A stretch of DNA of 64,000 bases from assembly GCA_951406725.2 (NCBI GenBank), contig OX597826.1:8246001-8310000 (forward strand), in the 5' to 3' direction. The DNA comes from Octopus vulgaris (Eukaryota). Position numbers and translations under genes: made by a program. Shown one piece after another: positions 13,615 through 26,909 of the stretch. A model generated the notes under the pieces. It was not told the DNA's origin and ran no database searches. It saw only the letters and a list, made by a program, of their open reading frames with translations. How positions within the stretch are numbered: position 1 is the first letter of the stretch; each line of letters starts with the position of its first letter.

Positions 13615-14233
13615 TCTTTTCTACTCTAGGAACAAGACCCGAAATTTTTGTAGAAGGGGGCCAGTCGATTAGATCGGCCACAGTACGCATATGGTACTTA
13701 ATTTATCGTTCCGTGAAAGGATGAAAGGCCAAGTCGAACCTCGGCGAAATTTGAACTCAGAACGTAACGGCAGACGAAACATCGCTAAGGCTTTCGCCCG
13801 ACGTGCTAACATTTCTTATTTATTTATTGCCCACAAGGGGCTAAACATTGAGGGTACAAACAAGGACAAACAAAGGGATTAAATCGATTATATCGACCCC
13901 AGTGCGTAACTGGTACTTAATTTATCGACCCCGAAAGGATGAAAGGCAAAGTCGACCTCGGCGGAATTTCAACTCAGAACGTGACGGCAGACGAAATACC
14001 TATTTCTTTACTATCAACAAGTGGCTAAACACAGAGAGATCAAACAAGGACAGACAAACGGATTAAGTCGATTATATCGACCCCAGTGTGTAACTGGTAC
14101 CTAATTTATTGACCGCGAAAGGATGAAATGTAAAGTAGACCTCGGGGGAATTTGAACTCAGAGCATAAAGATAGACGAAATACCGCTAAGCATTTCGCCC
14201 GGCGTGCTAACGGTTCTGCCAGCTCACCGCCTT
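13615..14233 (-). mobile_element. SINE family C, three-module form
   Basis: Three copies of the aaaggatgaaa..aagtcgacctcggcggaatttgaactcaga module (near 13716, 13934, 14118), two linkers (ggctaaaca..caaacaaggaca), head at ~14200-14233, tail at 13615-13660. Confidence 0.9.
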
Positions 14234-14349
14234 TTATTCATTTATTGTTTTCGAGAAGGTTTCACAATAAACCATACAACAAAACGCAGAATTCTACCAA
14301 CGCTTACGCTTGTAGTGATTGCCAAAATTTTAGTTTATTCCCAGAACTA

Positions 14350-14942
14350 GAAGTAGTAGTAGTAGGAGGAGATGAAAGAGATAGTGGAGGAAGTAGAAGA
14401 CGTAAGCGTTACCCTTGTTGCTACTGCTGCTGCTGCTACTGCTGCTGCAACTGATGCTGTTACGGATGTTGTTACGATTAGTGATGGTGCTGCTGTTGCA
14501 AATGATGATGATTATGATCGTGATGACAACCTCGACGACAACGATGATGCTAATGATGATGAACATTATGGTCATGATGACACTACGGTGACGACGATGA
14601 CGATGGTGATGATGATGATGACGCGGCGACAACGACGACATTGATGATGACGATGACGCCGACGATAATGGTGATGATGATGATCATCATCATCATGAAG
14701 ACGACGACCACGACGACGATGATGATTATGATGAAGGTGATGATGATAAAGATGACGTTGATAATGGTGATGATGATGATGATGATAATGATGAGGATGA
14801 CGATAAAGATGACGTTGATGATGGTGATGATGATGATGATGAGGTGGAGGAGGAGGAGGACGAGGAGGAGGAGGAGGGGGAAGAGCAGGAGGAAGAGCAG
14901 GAGGAGGAGCAGGAGGGGGAGGATAATGACTATAGTGATGAC
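14350..14942. repeat. (GAT)n/(GAC)n/(GAG)n/(GCT)n low-complexity region
   Basis: Direct reading. Confidence 0.95.
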
Positions 14943-15568
14943 TGTTGTTTAGCTTTCCTCGCGAGATCTATATCCAGAAATCTTCCAGCCATGACCGTCC
15001 CTTCTGTTTTTTTTATATTCTTTTTACATATAAAGGTGGTAATGTTTGTGAGGGTGGCAGCGGCAGCCGTGATGGCAATGGAGGTGATGGGGGTGAGGGG
15101 GTTGACTCTGCTGATGGTGTAATGGCTGTGGTGAAGTGGGGGGGGCGGGGGAGGTGCAACGGTAATGTGATGATAATAATTGTGATGAACATGATCGCAA
15201 TTAACATGTTAATTATGACGATCATTATTATAATGATATGATTTCGAGTAAAAAAAAACAAAACACTAATAACAAAGACTGATATTGATGATTTTCTAAT
15301 GAGACGTGAAGTTTTAGCAAAAATGTCAAGGAAATGGAGTGTGAAATGTGGATTTAATCTATTTTCGCGCTGTTTCCCTTGAATAATAATATCACAACAC
15401 CGCTGTTCAATTAAGGTAGCGTTAACTACACATAACTAGCAAACACCGTCTTACAACCGTTGAACAAATATCATTTTAACTACTGCTGAGCAAACAGTTT
15501 TTTATCGACGGTTTAACTAACACAGTTAAATATTAGTACTTCTGTCTAATATGATTTAACTATTGCAG

Positions 15569-15793
15569 CCGAGGAGAGATGGATTCAGTCAGCAGAACAG
15601 AAACGCCAGATGCGGAAAGCCAGAGCCACCTGCACCAATAGCACAGCCCCTACCCACTTCTGCACCACCTGTGGGAGGGGCTTTCTTGCCCGGATTGGTC
15701 TCACCAGTCACCTCCGGTCTCATAGCAGCAATTCCACCAAATGATGTCAATGGTCATCTCCGAACCCGAAGGACGAACATTATTTATTATTAT
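15569..15793 (+). mobile_element. 5'-truncated RTE-clade LINE: C-terminal C2H2 finger plus 3' UTR
   Basis: The frame ending at stop 15742-15744 reads AEERWIQSAEQKRQMRKARATCTNSTAPTHFCTTCGRGFLARIGLTSHLRSHSSNSTK*, the CxxCGRxFxARIGLxSHLRxH end typical of RTE/BovB-like ORFs. A short 3' UTR and (TTA)n tail follow. Candidate TSD tattgcag at 15561-15568 and 15794-15801. Confidence 0.88.
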
Positions 15794-15827
15794 TATTGCA
15801 GTTTTACGGATATATTGTAATCAATTT

Positions 15828-16042
15828 GAAGGCGGCGAGCTGGCAGAATTGTTAGGAGACCGGTCAGAATGCTTTGTGGTATTTCTTCCGTCTTTACGTT
15901 CTGAGTTCAAATTCCACCGAGGTCGACTTTACCTTTCCTCCTTTCGAGGTCGATAAATTAAGTACCAGTTGTGTACTAGGGTCGACGTAATCGACTATTA
16001 CCCTCCCCGAAATTTCAGGCTATATTTCTGTGGTAAAAAGGA
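15828..16042 (+). mobile_element. SINE family C monomer
   Basis: aaggcggcgagctggcagaa head, gagttcaaattcc B box, one module, ccctccccgaaatttcaggc tail. Confidence 0.9.
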
Positions 16043-16408
16043 GATTTTTATTATTTTTAACTTGGTATTAATGTGTTTAATTAATATAATTTATCCATCA
16101 TTTAGTTAATAGTTTTACCGACTTTTAACCATTACAAGAAATTTTACCGATAATTTAACCTATACAACCCAATATTAAAGAATCTAATATAATCTTACCA
16201 CCATTTAACTATTGCAGTTATACAATTTAACTATTGCAGTTATATTTCAACCAGTTCAACTTGGTATTAAGCCATCTACATTTTACCACCGTTTAGCTAA
16301 CGTAAATTTTCCAACAATTTAACGAATATTACTTCACTAAAATATGGTACTGATTTGCTTAACTAATATCCTTTCATTCCATGAAACTGTCAGTTTTAAC
16401 AATTATTA

Positions 16409-16746
16409 CCACATTTGATGGCCTATAAGACGCACCTTTTGTTATTATTTTTACCCAAAAACGGCTTTAAAAATACCCTTGCGTCCAATGCACTCAGTGT
16501 TGGCTCAAAACGGCATGTATGTTTGCAAAAGGTGTGCTGCCATCTATCGGTGAACAATCACCCACGGTATGTTAATATCGAATGTGGATGCAATAAATTG
16601 CTTATAATTACCGGTAATAACATAAAATTATACAGGTAAGTGGAGAAATTAAAACATTATTTTAGAGGTAATTTATTTTACAAAAGTATAGCCTAGGCTA
16701 GGCTGCGTCCTATGCACACGTGCATCTTATAGGCCATCAAATACGG
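16409..16746. mobile_element. Non-autonomous Tc1/mariner-superfamily MITE (Tc2/pogo-like CCGTA termini)
   Basis: 27-bp TIRs ccacatttgatggcctataagacgcac (16409-16435) and gtgcatcttataggccatcaaatacgg (16720-16746), 3 mismatches, with TA on both flanks. No ORF. Confidence 0.85.
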
Positions 16747-16944
16747 TAATTAATTAATGTTATTTAGGCTAAAATAATAAGGACGAGGACGATGACATTT
16801 ATTGCTATTTAATATATAAAATTTTTTATAGCTGTCATACTCAATGTGTGCTGGCTTATGAATTTATTAACCCAGTTTTCTAGCGATGATTATTAATTAA
16901 CATCTTCAAAGTAATGCGTACGCAGTACTTCTTGCATGAATTAA

Positions 16945-17308
16945 TTAACTTCCAACCACAGAAAGTAACTTAGGTTTTAGGGTTAGGGTTAGGTTTAGGG
17001 TTAGGGTTAGGGATAAGGTTTTAAGATTAGGTTTAATGTTGTCATAAATCACTGACAAACGAAATATACATCCCGGAAGTTCCTGTTGACAAACAACAGC
17101 AGTAATTTTATTCAGCTGAATACACATCATTGATTGGTTGAAATTACCGAAATACGACAACTTTAACGTGAAATAACTTCCTAAATATAAGCTTTTCTCA
17201 AAAACGCTAAGAGTAAAAGATGTTTTATATGGCACATTCTACCAGTGAACGAAGTTTGAAGGTGCTTAGTTACAAAAATTATTTTTTTTAAATCTGTCAA
17301 TCAAAAGG
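16945..17308 (+). mobile_element. Older relative of the adjacent TTAGGG-containing element
   Basis: (TTAGGG)-like run at 16970-17035, then tgattggttgaaatt, aaaagatgttttata..acattctaccagt and ttagttac in the same order as in 17313-17832. Confidence 0.7.
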
Positions 17309-17312
17309 TAAA

Positions 17313-17832
17313 GATCTTTTCGGTTTGAACGGCAGTTTTTTCTAGCGCTGTCATATGAAATTGCCACCCATAATTATGAAATTGTCACCCATAATTATGA
17401 AATTGCCACCCATAATTATGAAATTGTCACCCATAATTATGAAATTGTCACCCATAATTATGACTCTAGTATCGATCTATTGCATTTCAATCTGTTTTAG
17501 GGTTATGGTTAGTTAGGGTTGGTTAGGGTTAGGGGTGGGTGAATGGTATCTTTTTTTCTTCACAAATGTAAATAAACCCAATCTGTTTCTTAAACGAGGG
17601 ACATATTCATACGGCACAGAATGTTTTCACCTCAAATAGACGTCAGTGATTGGTTGAAATTGCAGAAATTGAAGAAAAAAAAAACAACAAATATCTTACA
17701 AACTATAGAATTTTCTCAATAAAGCCAAAAGAAAAAGATGTTTTATAAATACATTCTACCAGTATACAAAGTTTAAAATTTTTTAGTTACCTAGAAATTA
17801 TGTTAAAAACTGCCTGTCAAACCGAAAAGATC
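17313..17832. mobile_element. MITE with 28-bp TIRs and internal telomere-like repeats
   Basis: TIRs gatcttttcggtttgaacggcagttttt (17313-17340) and aaaaactgcctgtcaaaccgaaaagatc (17805-17832), 2 mismatches. TTAGGG-like run at ~17497-17539. No clear TSD; superfamily unassigned. Confidence 0.85.
17354..17463. repeat. 21-bp minisatellite, 5.2 copies
   Basis: Unit tatgaaattg(c/t)cacccataat at 17354, 17375, 17396, 17417 and 17438. Confidence 0.97.
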
Positions 17833-18521
17833 CACAAACACATTTATCGTTATATAAATGGAAAGAATACTAGCGAAAGTAACCATATTTTATCTCCTTG
17901 ACTCGCGAAGTATTTGTCCATTTAACTAAAACTCTGTTCCCATCATTTAGTTAACACATTTTTACTGCCGCATAACAAACAGATTTACCGCTACATAACT
18001 GAAAGGAATATTACTATTTCAATAACCGACATAATTTAATATCGGTGAAAGAGAGCGCGAGGCATTAAAGCGTTGAACTAAATTCTATTTAGTTCCACCC
18101 TCACAGGCGCGATAAAATGGCTGCCTTTATGACGTGAAGGTTGTTACGGTCGATTAATCCTCTGGTCATGTGATTAGCCGAAAGAAATCTATATTAATGA
18201 GATTCTCTTCTTGATTTTGATGATGATGATGATTATTACTAGTCGACATTTGTGCTGTTGCTGCTGTTGTTACAGTTAATTGATCCTTGGTCAGCTATAG
18301 TTGTACAAACCTACGGTTTATATTTAGTAAGACAGCAGAATCTGAAGAAACTAGCGATATTCAGTATTGACAAATAAAAGCAGATAGGTGGTCAATTAGC
18401 AGACATGTTATATTGCGGTAATTATTCCTACTTCCTACATTCTGAGTTCAAATCCACTGTATTTCCGTGTAGTAATTCCATCGTGTTTTAAAAGTTGAAT
18501 TAACAAAAGTAATATTGATTT

Positions 18522-18737
18522 CAAGTTTAGGTACAAGACCAGCACCTTGGGTGGAGGGGATAAGTCGATTGCATCGACATCAATGTTTCACTGGTACTTA
18601 ATTTATCGATCCCGAAAGGATGAAAGTGTAAGGCAAAGTCGACCTCGGTAGAATTTGAACTCAGGAAGTAAAGATAGACGAAATACCGCTAAGCATCCTG
18701 CCCAGCGTGCTAACCATTTTGCCAGCTCGCCATCTTA
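18522..18737 (-). mobile_element. SINE family C monomer
   Basis: cccgaaaggatgaaa..ggcaaagtcgacctcgg..aatttgaactcag..gacgaaataccgctaagcat..gccagctcgcc. Confidence 0.88.
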
Positions 18738-18834
18738 TTAAGAAAAGAAACAAGAAAAAGCATGTAATATTGATTCTAGTTTCTGCCTTTGATAAAAGAA
18801 CAATCTACTAAGAAACACGTAACAAGTATGTGTC

Positions 18835-19763
18835 CCTTTAGTTTTCTCATATTTTGTCTGTCCAAATGATTTTGAAAACTGCAGAATAAATGGTTATGAG
18901 ATGGGACAATGTCCGGCGAATATGGTGGGTGGGGTATTGTTTCTCATTCAAACTGCTTCAGTCTTTGGAATGTCATCCTCGCTATATGTAGCCAAGCATT
19001 ATCCTGATGGAAGAACACCTTTCGTCTTGAAGCCAAAGATGATCGTTTTTCCTTCTAGCACTGACTTAAGCCACTCAAGCTGTGCGCAGTATATCTCCCT
19101 TGTTATCGTTTGGTTTGGGTTTAAAGGTTCAAAGCGGACTAAACCTTTCATATCCCACCAAACATATAACAATACCTAACGTGGTTGAAAACCTTTTTTA
19201 CCCTGGGGTCTCGGTGTTTCTCCTTTCCCTACCCACTGTCTTCGACGTTTGACATTTTTATAGAGAATCCATTCGATAAATGGTTGAATGACCAAATCCA
19301 AGCTTCTCTACTAGTTCCTCAAAAGTTACGATGAGATTTTGTTCCACCAGGGATCGCAGCACGTCCTAGTCCAGCTCCACAGATTTTCCAGGGCGAGGCT
19401 TTTCTTCTAGGCTGTAGTTTAGGGCTCGGAATTTCTGGAACCTCTGTTGACACTGGCTTACGTTCCTTGTCTGATCCCCAAATACTGCATTAATATTCCT
19501 CGCACTTTCCATTGCGTTGTTGCCTTTATTGAACTCATAAAGCAAAATATGCCGAATATGCTCCTTTGTCACTTATATTATAGCTTTGAAAAAATAACTA
19601 TTAAAACCAAGCTGCACTCTTCAGAACTTGTATTAAGAATTACCACAAGGTAAAATTACTACCTGCTTTTATGGTAAGTTGATCTTGGTAGTTTATCCCG
19701 TCCCTCTCCTACTTTTAGTTGATGCAATTGAAAGAGCCGCATTATTTGTGCGATGACCCAATA
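18835..19763 (-). mobile_element. Decayed mariner transposon (transposase pseudogene, internally deleted)
   Basis: Minus-strand frames give HIRHILLYEFNKGNNAMESARNINAVFGD..FQKFR..YSLEEKPRPG (HTH), WILYKNVKRRRQW, VWWDMKG, FFHQDNAWLH and HPPYSPDIVPS, with stops and frameshifts. TIR-like tattgggtcatcgcacaaataatgcgg at 19737-19763; the other TIR was not found. Confidence 0.93.
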
Positions 19764-20047
19764 TATGTGATATACCATCGGGAGTACACATGTTCTGAAT
19801 ATTACTTCTTTGGTTGTGTAAATGATATGTCATATATTGTTTTGTATATTATGAATATTGTAATAAATATAAGCATATGTATATATATATATATACATAA
19901 ATGTATGTAAGTACATATATATGTGTCTGTGTGTATAGGTATACACACATACATACATATATATATATGTATGAGTCTATGTGTTTCCGTGTTCATGAGT
20001 TCGTGTGCGTATATGCGGACTTAATCATAAATATATCTTTATGTGTG

Positions 20048-20084
<37 letters not shown>

Positions 20085-20184
20085 TAATATGTATACATAT
20101 ATATCTATAAATATGTATGTATGTCTATATATGTATATATATATATATATATATGAACATACATGAATATTTATATATTTATGC

Positions 20185-20315
<131 letters not shown>

Positions 20316-20806
20316 TACACTCATAAATGCAAACACACAGGTTACTGCGTAAAAATCCTGACAGCATTTCATTGTACCAATATTTCTAATATACTACATG
20401 TATACAATTTTCTTCATAGGCATTGTTCAAATCATTAACCTTTTCACATAAATACATGCAATGTTTGGTATTTATATTCTTTCGGCTAATTTGATATTTT
20501 CCATTCAAAAGAAGATTGTTAAATAAAAAATAAAAAAGAAATAAAAGCAAAGTTCTCAACAACCGCATTTTAATTAATTGCCACAGCTCAATATCATTGA
20601 CAAACGTCATTATTAAACAATAAACGCATATATCGAGATGGTTGTTGTAGGTTTCTGCATTTGTCTTTTTCTGATGGAGGAAACTAAATGCCAAATGAAG
20701 AGCGTTTCTAACGGTGTCTTCATATTGAGGAAAAGAGGAATATATACGATTGTATGTAAGTGTGTACATGCCAATTCATATATATATATATATATATATA
20801 TGTGTG

Positions 20807-20876
<70 letters not shown>

Positions 20877-21315
20877 AGTGTGTGTGTGTATGTGTATATA
20901 TATATATACATATATGTGTGTGTGTGTGTGTGTGTGTATTTGCAGTTGTGTTTTTTTATACATACATATCTATATGCATACACACACAATCACTCAGACA
21001 CAGAGACATATATATGTATGTATATATATATATATGCATGTATGTATATATATATATATATGTATGTGTATATATATATGTATGTATATATATATATGTA
21101 TGTGTATATATATATATGCATGTATACACATGTATACAAATATTATACACACACTCATATATAAATATGTATATATGAATTTTTATATGTATGCACGTAT
21201 TTGTGTATGTTTGAATGTATGTATCTCTTGTGAAGGTATCTTATATAACTGTGTTTATCTATTAAAGATACTGCCTTCCATTTGCACGTATGTGTATGTG
21301 TGCCTGTATATATAT

Positions 21316-21383
<68 letters not shown>

Positions 21384-21479
21384 ATATATATATATTATAT
21401 ATATATATATATGTATATATATATGTACACACACACACACATATATATATATATATGTATGTATATATGTCTGTATGTA

Positions 21480-21513
<34 letters not shown>

Positions 21514-22189
21514 CGTGTTTGTATAATATTATATATATGAGTGTATATATTTATATATATATGTACACACACACATATATATATATTTATATATACACCA
21601 ATATATAGTGTAATATAAATTACATAAAGCAGCTAGAAAGAACTGTAGTGTAATTTGTATTATTTAGTAGAGTACCCCATGGTCTTTCGTTCTGTTTGCC
21701 CGAGTTTCATTCTTTGGTTATAAAAGCCAGCGATGCTATCACTCGAGACCGAACTTTAGGGAATTGTATATCGATTCACACATCTATTCTATTTCATACG
21801 TCTCGATGTCAATGACTTCTTCCTGTCATGTCTGATAAAGTCTAGAATCAGTTTTAGTTACAAAGTATAAGGAAAATTCATAATTTACTTTGTAAATTAT
21901 ATATTAATAAATGTTGAAGCTATTTTATATTTTAACACTGAATAAGGTAGGTGATTTCATAAATGTTAACGGTATTAACATTCACATGATTTGGGAATTT
22001 CTTATGTAACTGCTTGAATTCTTCTATAAAATTATACAAATTATATAACTGGAAATATTTGAATGGCGTGGTTACATGAAATGTGTACAAAGTTGGGTGC
22101 AAATCTGTTATTATCATGTGTATATAACTAGTCAAGGTTTTGCAAATACTTGTCTCATTGGTGACGTCTGCCGTTGATAAGTTCATGCA

Positions 22190-22675
22190 TTTACGTAAGG
22201 CTATACAGTTCAATATAGTGACGTTTTCTGCTGTGCATAAATGACACCCATAACATAGCATCAAAATTTGGTCAGCTTCATTATCGAACTTTTTCTTTGT
22301 TATTCGATAGTTGTTAGTATTCTCTTTTAGTCACCATATGTAATTAGAAATGGCTGTAGTTTTCTCATTTTCACATGCTTGAAGAAAGCAGTATAATTGA
22401 AGTACCGCTGCTTCAATTTGCCTTATAAGTTACCATCGGTTGATAAATTGGAGTTTTTAAGAGATGACTTCAGCTTCATACAGTAATATTTCGGATTTAC
22501 AAGCCAAGTGGATTGGTGCTGGGTATTTGGTCTATTCGTTCTGATATGTGTAATATATAAGATAAATGACATTCAAACGGCTTCTGCTAAAATGTTGGTT
22601 TAATGGTGATGGTTCGGGAATATTTATCCAGTAGTGCGAAGAAACTTACAGCAATGAAAGGATTGTACATTTAAT
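22190..22675 (-). pseudogene. Decayed Penelope-like retroelement ORF, linker plus GIY-YIG endonuclease region
   Basis: Across frameshifts and stops the minus strand reads MYNPF..FFALLDKY/FPNHHH*TNI/FSRSRLNVIY..CKSENI/LYEAEV..GKLKQRYFNYTAFFKH..TTAISNYIW*LKE..CHLCTAENVTIL. This is collinear with the recalled Penelope consensus WFNPPF..FLxLxDKHFP..KIFNRNxxKxSY..CxxxNxxYxAxV..FKxRxxNH..TxLSxYIWxLK..CxLCxxEKxxIL. Confidence 0.78.
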
Positions 22676-22766
22676 CAGAAAGGAGATACGAACCAAATAG
22701 TATTCCAGACCTGATTCCAGATTGGGTTTGCCTACTTTAAGAATTGGCTAAAACGCTTGCATGATA

Positions 22767-22970
22767 TACTCTTACTCCCTTTACTCTTTTACTTGTTTCA
22801 GTCATTTGACTGCGGCCATGCTGGATCACCGCCTTTAGTCGAGCAAATCGACCCCGGGACTTATTCTTTGTAAGCCCAGTACTTATTCTATCGGCCTCTT
22901 TTCCCGAACCGCTAAGTTCCGGGGACGTAAACACACCAGCATGGGTTGTCAAGGGATGTTGGGGACACAA

Positions 22971-23049
<79 letters not shown>

Positions 23050-23214
23050 TACGACAGCTTTCTTTCAGTTTCCGTCTACCAAATCCACTCACAAGGCATT
23101 GGTCGGCCCGGAGCTATAGCAGAAGACACTTGCCCAAGATGCCACGCAGTGGGTTGAACCCGGAAACATGTGGTTGGTTAGCAAGCTACTTACCACACAG
23201 CCACTCCTGCGCCT
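22767..23214 (-). mobile_element. SINE A/B family, full length (head, microsatellite, tail)
   Basis: A half 23050-23214, internal (TA)n(TG)n 22970-23050, B half ending ggcggtgatccagcatggccgcagtcaaatgactgaaacaagtaaaagagt. Confidence 0.93.
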
Positions 23215-23938
23215 ATGGGGACGCGCTATATATGTTTTTTCCGGTTAAAGGGATGCTAGAAGTGTTCGCCCTTATATATTTAAACAGCCTTTTTAGGAGT
23301 CCATATCTAGTATTTACAAATGTTTGTTTCTCATTCAGCTAATTGTTAAGGTATATGAGCGTTATCGAGTAAGCTGTTGGTGTCGCCAAAGAAATTCAGG
23401 GTATATAGGCTGGGCTTAGAAAGTTGCTAGGGTGAGTGAGATAATATCTAAATATCTAAATGCTTATAAATCATATCGACTAGCGCGTATAGAAATCCAT
23501 TTTCAATAAAAACTGATGTTATTGGATATATATCGGTGTGAGTGTATATTTATGTATGTATATGTGTATGTATGCATAGACACCAAACGATAAATGCACG
23601 GAAATTAAGAGCTCAATCAAAAACAGGTCTTAAAATCCAGACATTTAACTTCATTGCAGTTAATCCAACTAGGATTATATTTACCCGATTATCTATAAAC
23701 ATAATCATCTCAAATGATATTTAAAAGCAACACATTTAGTAGAAAGTTAGAAAAGCATAAATTTCACACACAGTTCTCACATTAATTCTGCTCAACAGTT
23801 GTTTCGTTCAGATAAACATTATTAAATACATAATTATATAAATTTGATACATACAAAGATGTTTGTCAAAATGAAACAGCAGTTGAACATGGTTAAAATG
23901 TAAAACATATGTGATATTTATGATTTCTGTTTTTATGC

Positions 23939-24388
<450 letters not shown>

Positions 24389-24703
24389 TCAGTTTTGATG
24401 ATCTAGAGGAGTAAGCAGTTCAGAAGTAGAGTGCAAAATTTACCTTATTTCAGTTGGCCTAGTGGTTTGCTTGTTCTACAGTTTCCACGGCATTCTGCCC
24501 ACTTTTGAAACAGGTCAATCTGACCCCAGGAACACAGTCGTGCAAAGTCCAGCGTAACAAGATACTAGACTGGTTTAAATAAACCATGTGTATACGCGTG
24601 TGTGGGTGTGAACATTTGCCTGCTATATGCCAGTATATGTATCTATTTGGAAAAATCGATAAACATTTCAATATTTATGTTGATATACTCATAATAGAAG
24701 TTA

Positions 24704-24734
<31 letters not shown>

Positions 24735-25656
24735 CATACATTCATACATACATCATACGTACATATATACCTATATATACATACATAAGAGCGTACATAT
24801 TCAAATATGTGAGTGTGTATTTGTATATTTATTGCAAATGCGAAAACTTCAACCTTACAGCATATAATACTATATATATATGTATGTGTGTGTATAGAGT
24901 AAAATACAACGTGTACATATAAAATAAATGTATATACATGTTATAGATATATGTCAATATGCATTCTTGTATATATATATGAAAGTGTGTCACTTTGAAT
25001 ACGTGCGTGCTTGTGAATATATGTGTGAGAGGCCTTAAGAACTTCTGTGTAAGTATTGTGCCGTTTTTAAGGGAGATAATTGCTATGAATATGTGCATCA
25101 AATGTCCCTGAAATATAGCAATATATTTCGTTGAATGAAAAAATATACTTGGTAGAAATGGAAATTATAGCATTCAACAATTCTTCACAAACAGCAGTCA
25201 TTAAAATGACATAAAAATCAAATACGTATACATATGAAATACGTATCAGCAGAAAAGAAGAGTCGAAAATTGTTAGTAGGAGGAGAAATATATTTAAATA
25301 TCAAAAGTGACGAAATTTTCGTGTTCTATATCTGTTACACATTTACACACACACACATTGTATTCATATGAATCTATGCTTTTGTATACACACACACACA
25401 TACACACACACACATATACATATACATATACAACATATAATGTCAGGTCAATAAACACTAAAAAGAATAACAAAATCAGTTTGACAAATAAGATATTTGT
25501 TTAGTACATATGCACTACATATGTGTGTGTGTATGTGTTTAATATACATATATAAAATACGTGTGAAGGTGTGTGTATGTATGTATGTATGTATGTATGT
25601 ATGTATGTATGTATGTATATATAAATATGTTTATATACATACACATACAAACAAAC

Positions 25657-25690
<34 letters not shown>

Positions 25691-26121
25691 GTATATGCAT
25701 AGGAAACGAGGAACATTCAATATGTTAATACATATATTTCATACCGTATATTATAATAGAGTAAGTTGTATATATCTATATGTGTTGCGTATATATGCAT
25801 ATATATATATATATATGCACATAAACACGCATACATATATACATATATTCATGTACATTTTTAATGGAATACACAGAAGATAACTTACCAAATAATGGAA
25901 GACAATTTATTCAATCGAATGTAGAAAAGTGGTATGTAGCTGACAATCATCTCCGTCACTGTTTAGAGTTTACCACTACACAAGTGATCTTTCAGGCAGT
26001 AAAAAAAGAATTAGGTGTAGGTCAATGTACGTCACCCGTAAGCCAGATTACTTGATCAGAAAGGTTAGCATGATGTTGCTAATTCTAAGGGCCTAATCCA
26101 TTTCCTCCGTTTAAACATAGG

Positions 26122-26330
26122 TTTCAAACTTCAGCACAAGACCAGCAAAGTCACAAATGAGGACTAGTCGATCACATCGACCCCACTGCTCAACTGTTTC
26201 TTACTTTATCGTTCCCGAAAAGATGAAAAGCAAAGTCGCCCTCGACGGTATTTGAGCTCAGGACCCAATGACGAAACAATCTGCCGCTAAACATTTTGCT
26301 CGGCGTGCTAATGATTCTGCCACCTCACCG
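26122..26330 (-). mobile_element. SINE family C, decayed monomer
   Basis: gcacaagaccagc..agtcgatcacatcgacccc..gatgaaaagcaaagtcg..cggcgtgctaatgattctgcc. Confidence 0.8.
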
Positions 26331-26589
26331 ATACTATTATGGATGCTGTTACCAATAACAAACAAAAGCTACAACTGAATGACCTGTTAGATTATAAGAT
26401 TATTCTGTTTCGTTTGTAAACGATATTCATAAGAACTTTGTTTTATGGCAGCACACAGATACCATCTCAGATTTCCTTTTTTAAACAATCTACATTATTG
26501 AGCTTATTATATAAATTAACATACTTATTCTCTATTTATGTATATGAAGATGCTCCCACAATATTCGACGCTTTTATATTTTGCTTTAT

Positions 26590-26833
26590 ATTTTACTTGT
26601 TTCAGTCAATGGACTGCGGCCATGCTGGGATATTGCTTTGAAGAATTTTAATCGAAAGAATCGACTGAGTATTTATCTTTTTTAAAGCCTGGTACTTATT
26701 CAATCGGTCTATTTTGCCAAACCAATAAGTTACAGGCAGGGATATAAACGCTCCAAAACTGGTTGTCAAGTGCCGTGGAGTGGACGAAAAAAGGCTCAAA
26801 GAAACACACACACACAAAGACACCCACAGAAAA

Positions 26834-26909
<76 letters not shown>

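Noticed and set aside
16970-17540. True telomere or chromosome-fusion scar
   Set aside because: The runs are short, degenerate, all on one strand and internal to related repeat elements.
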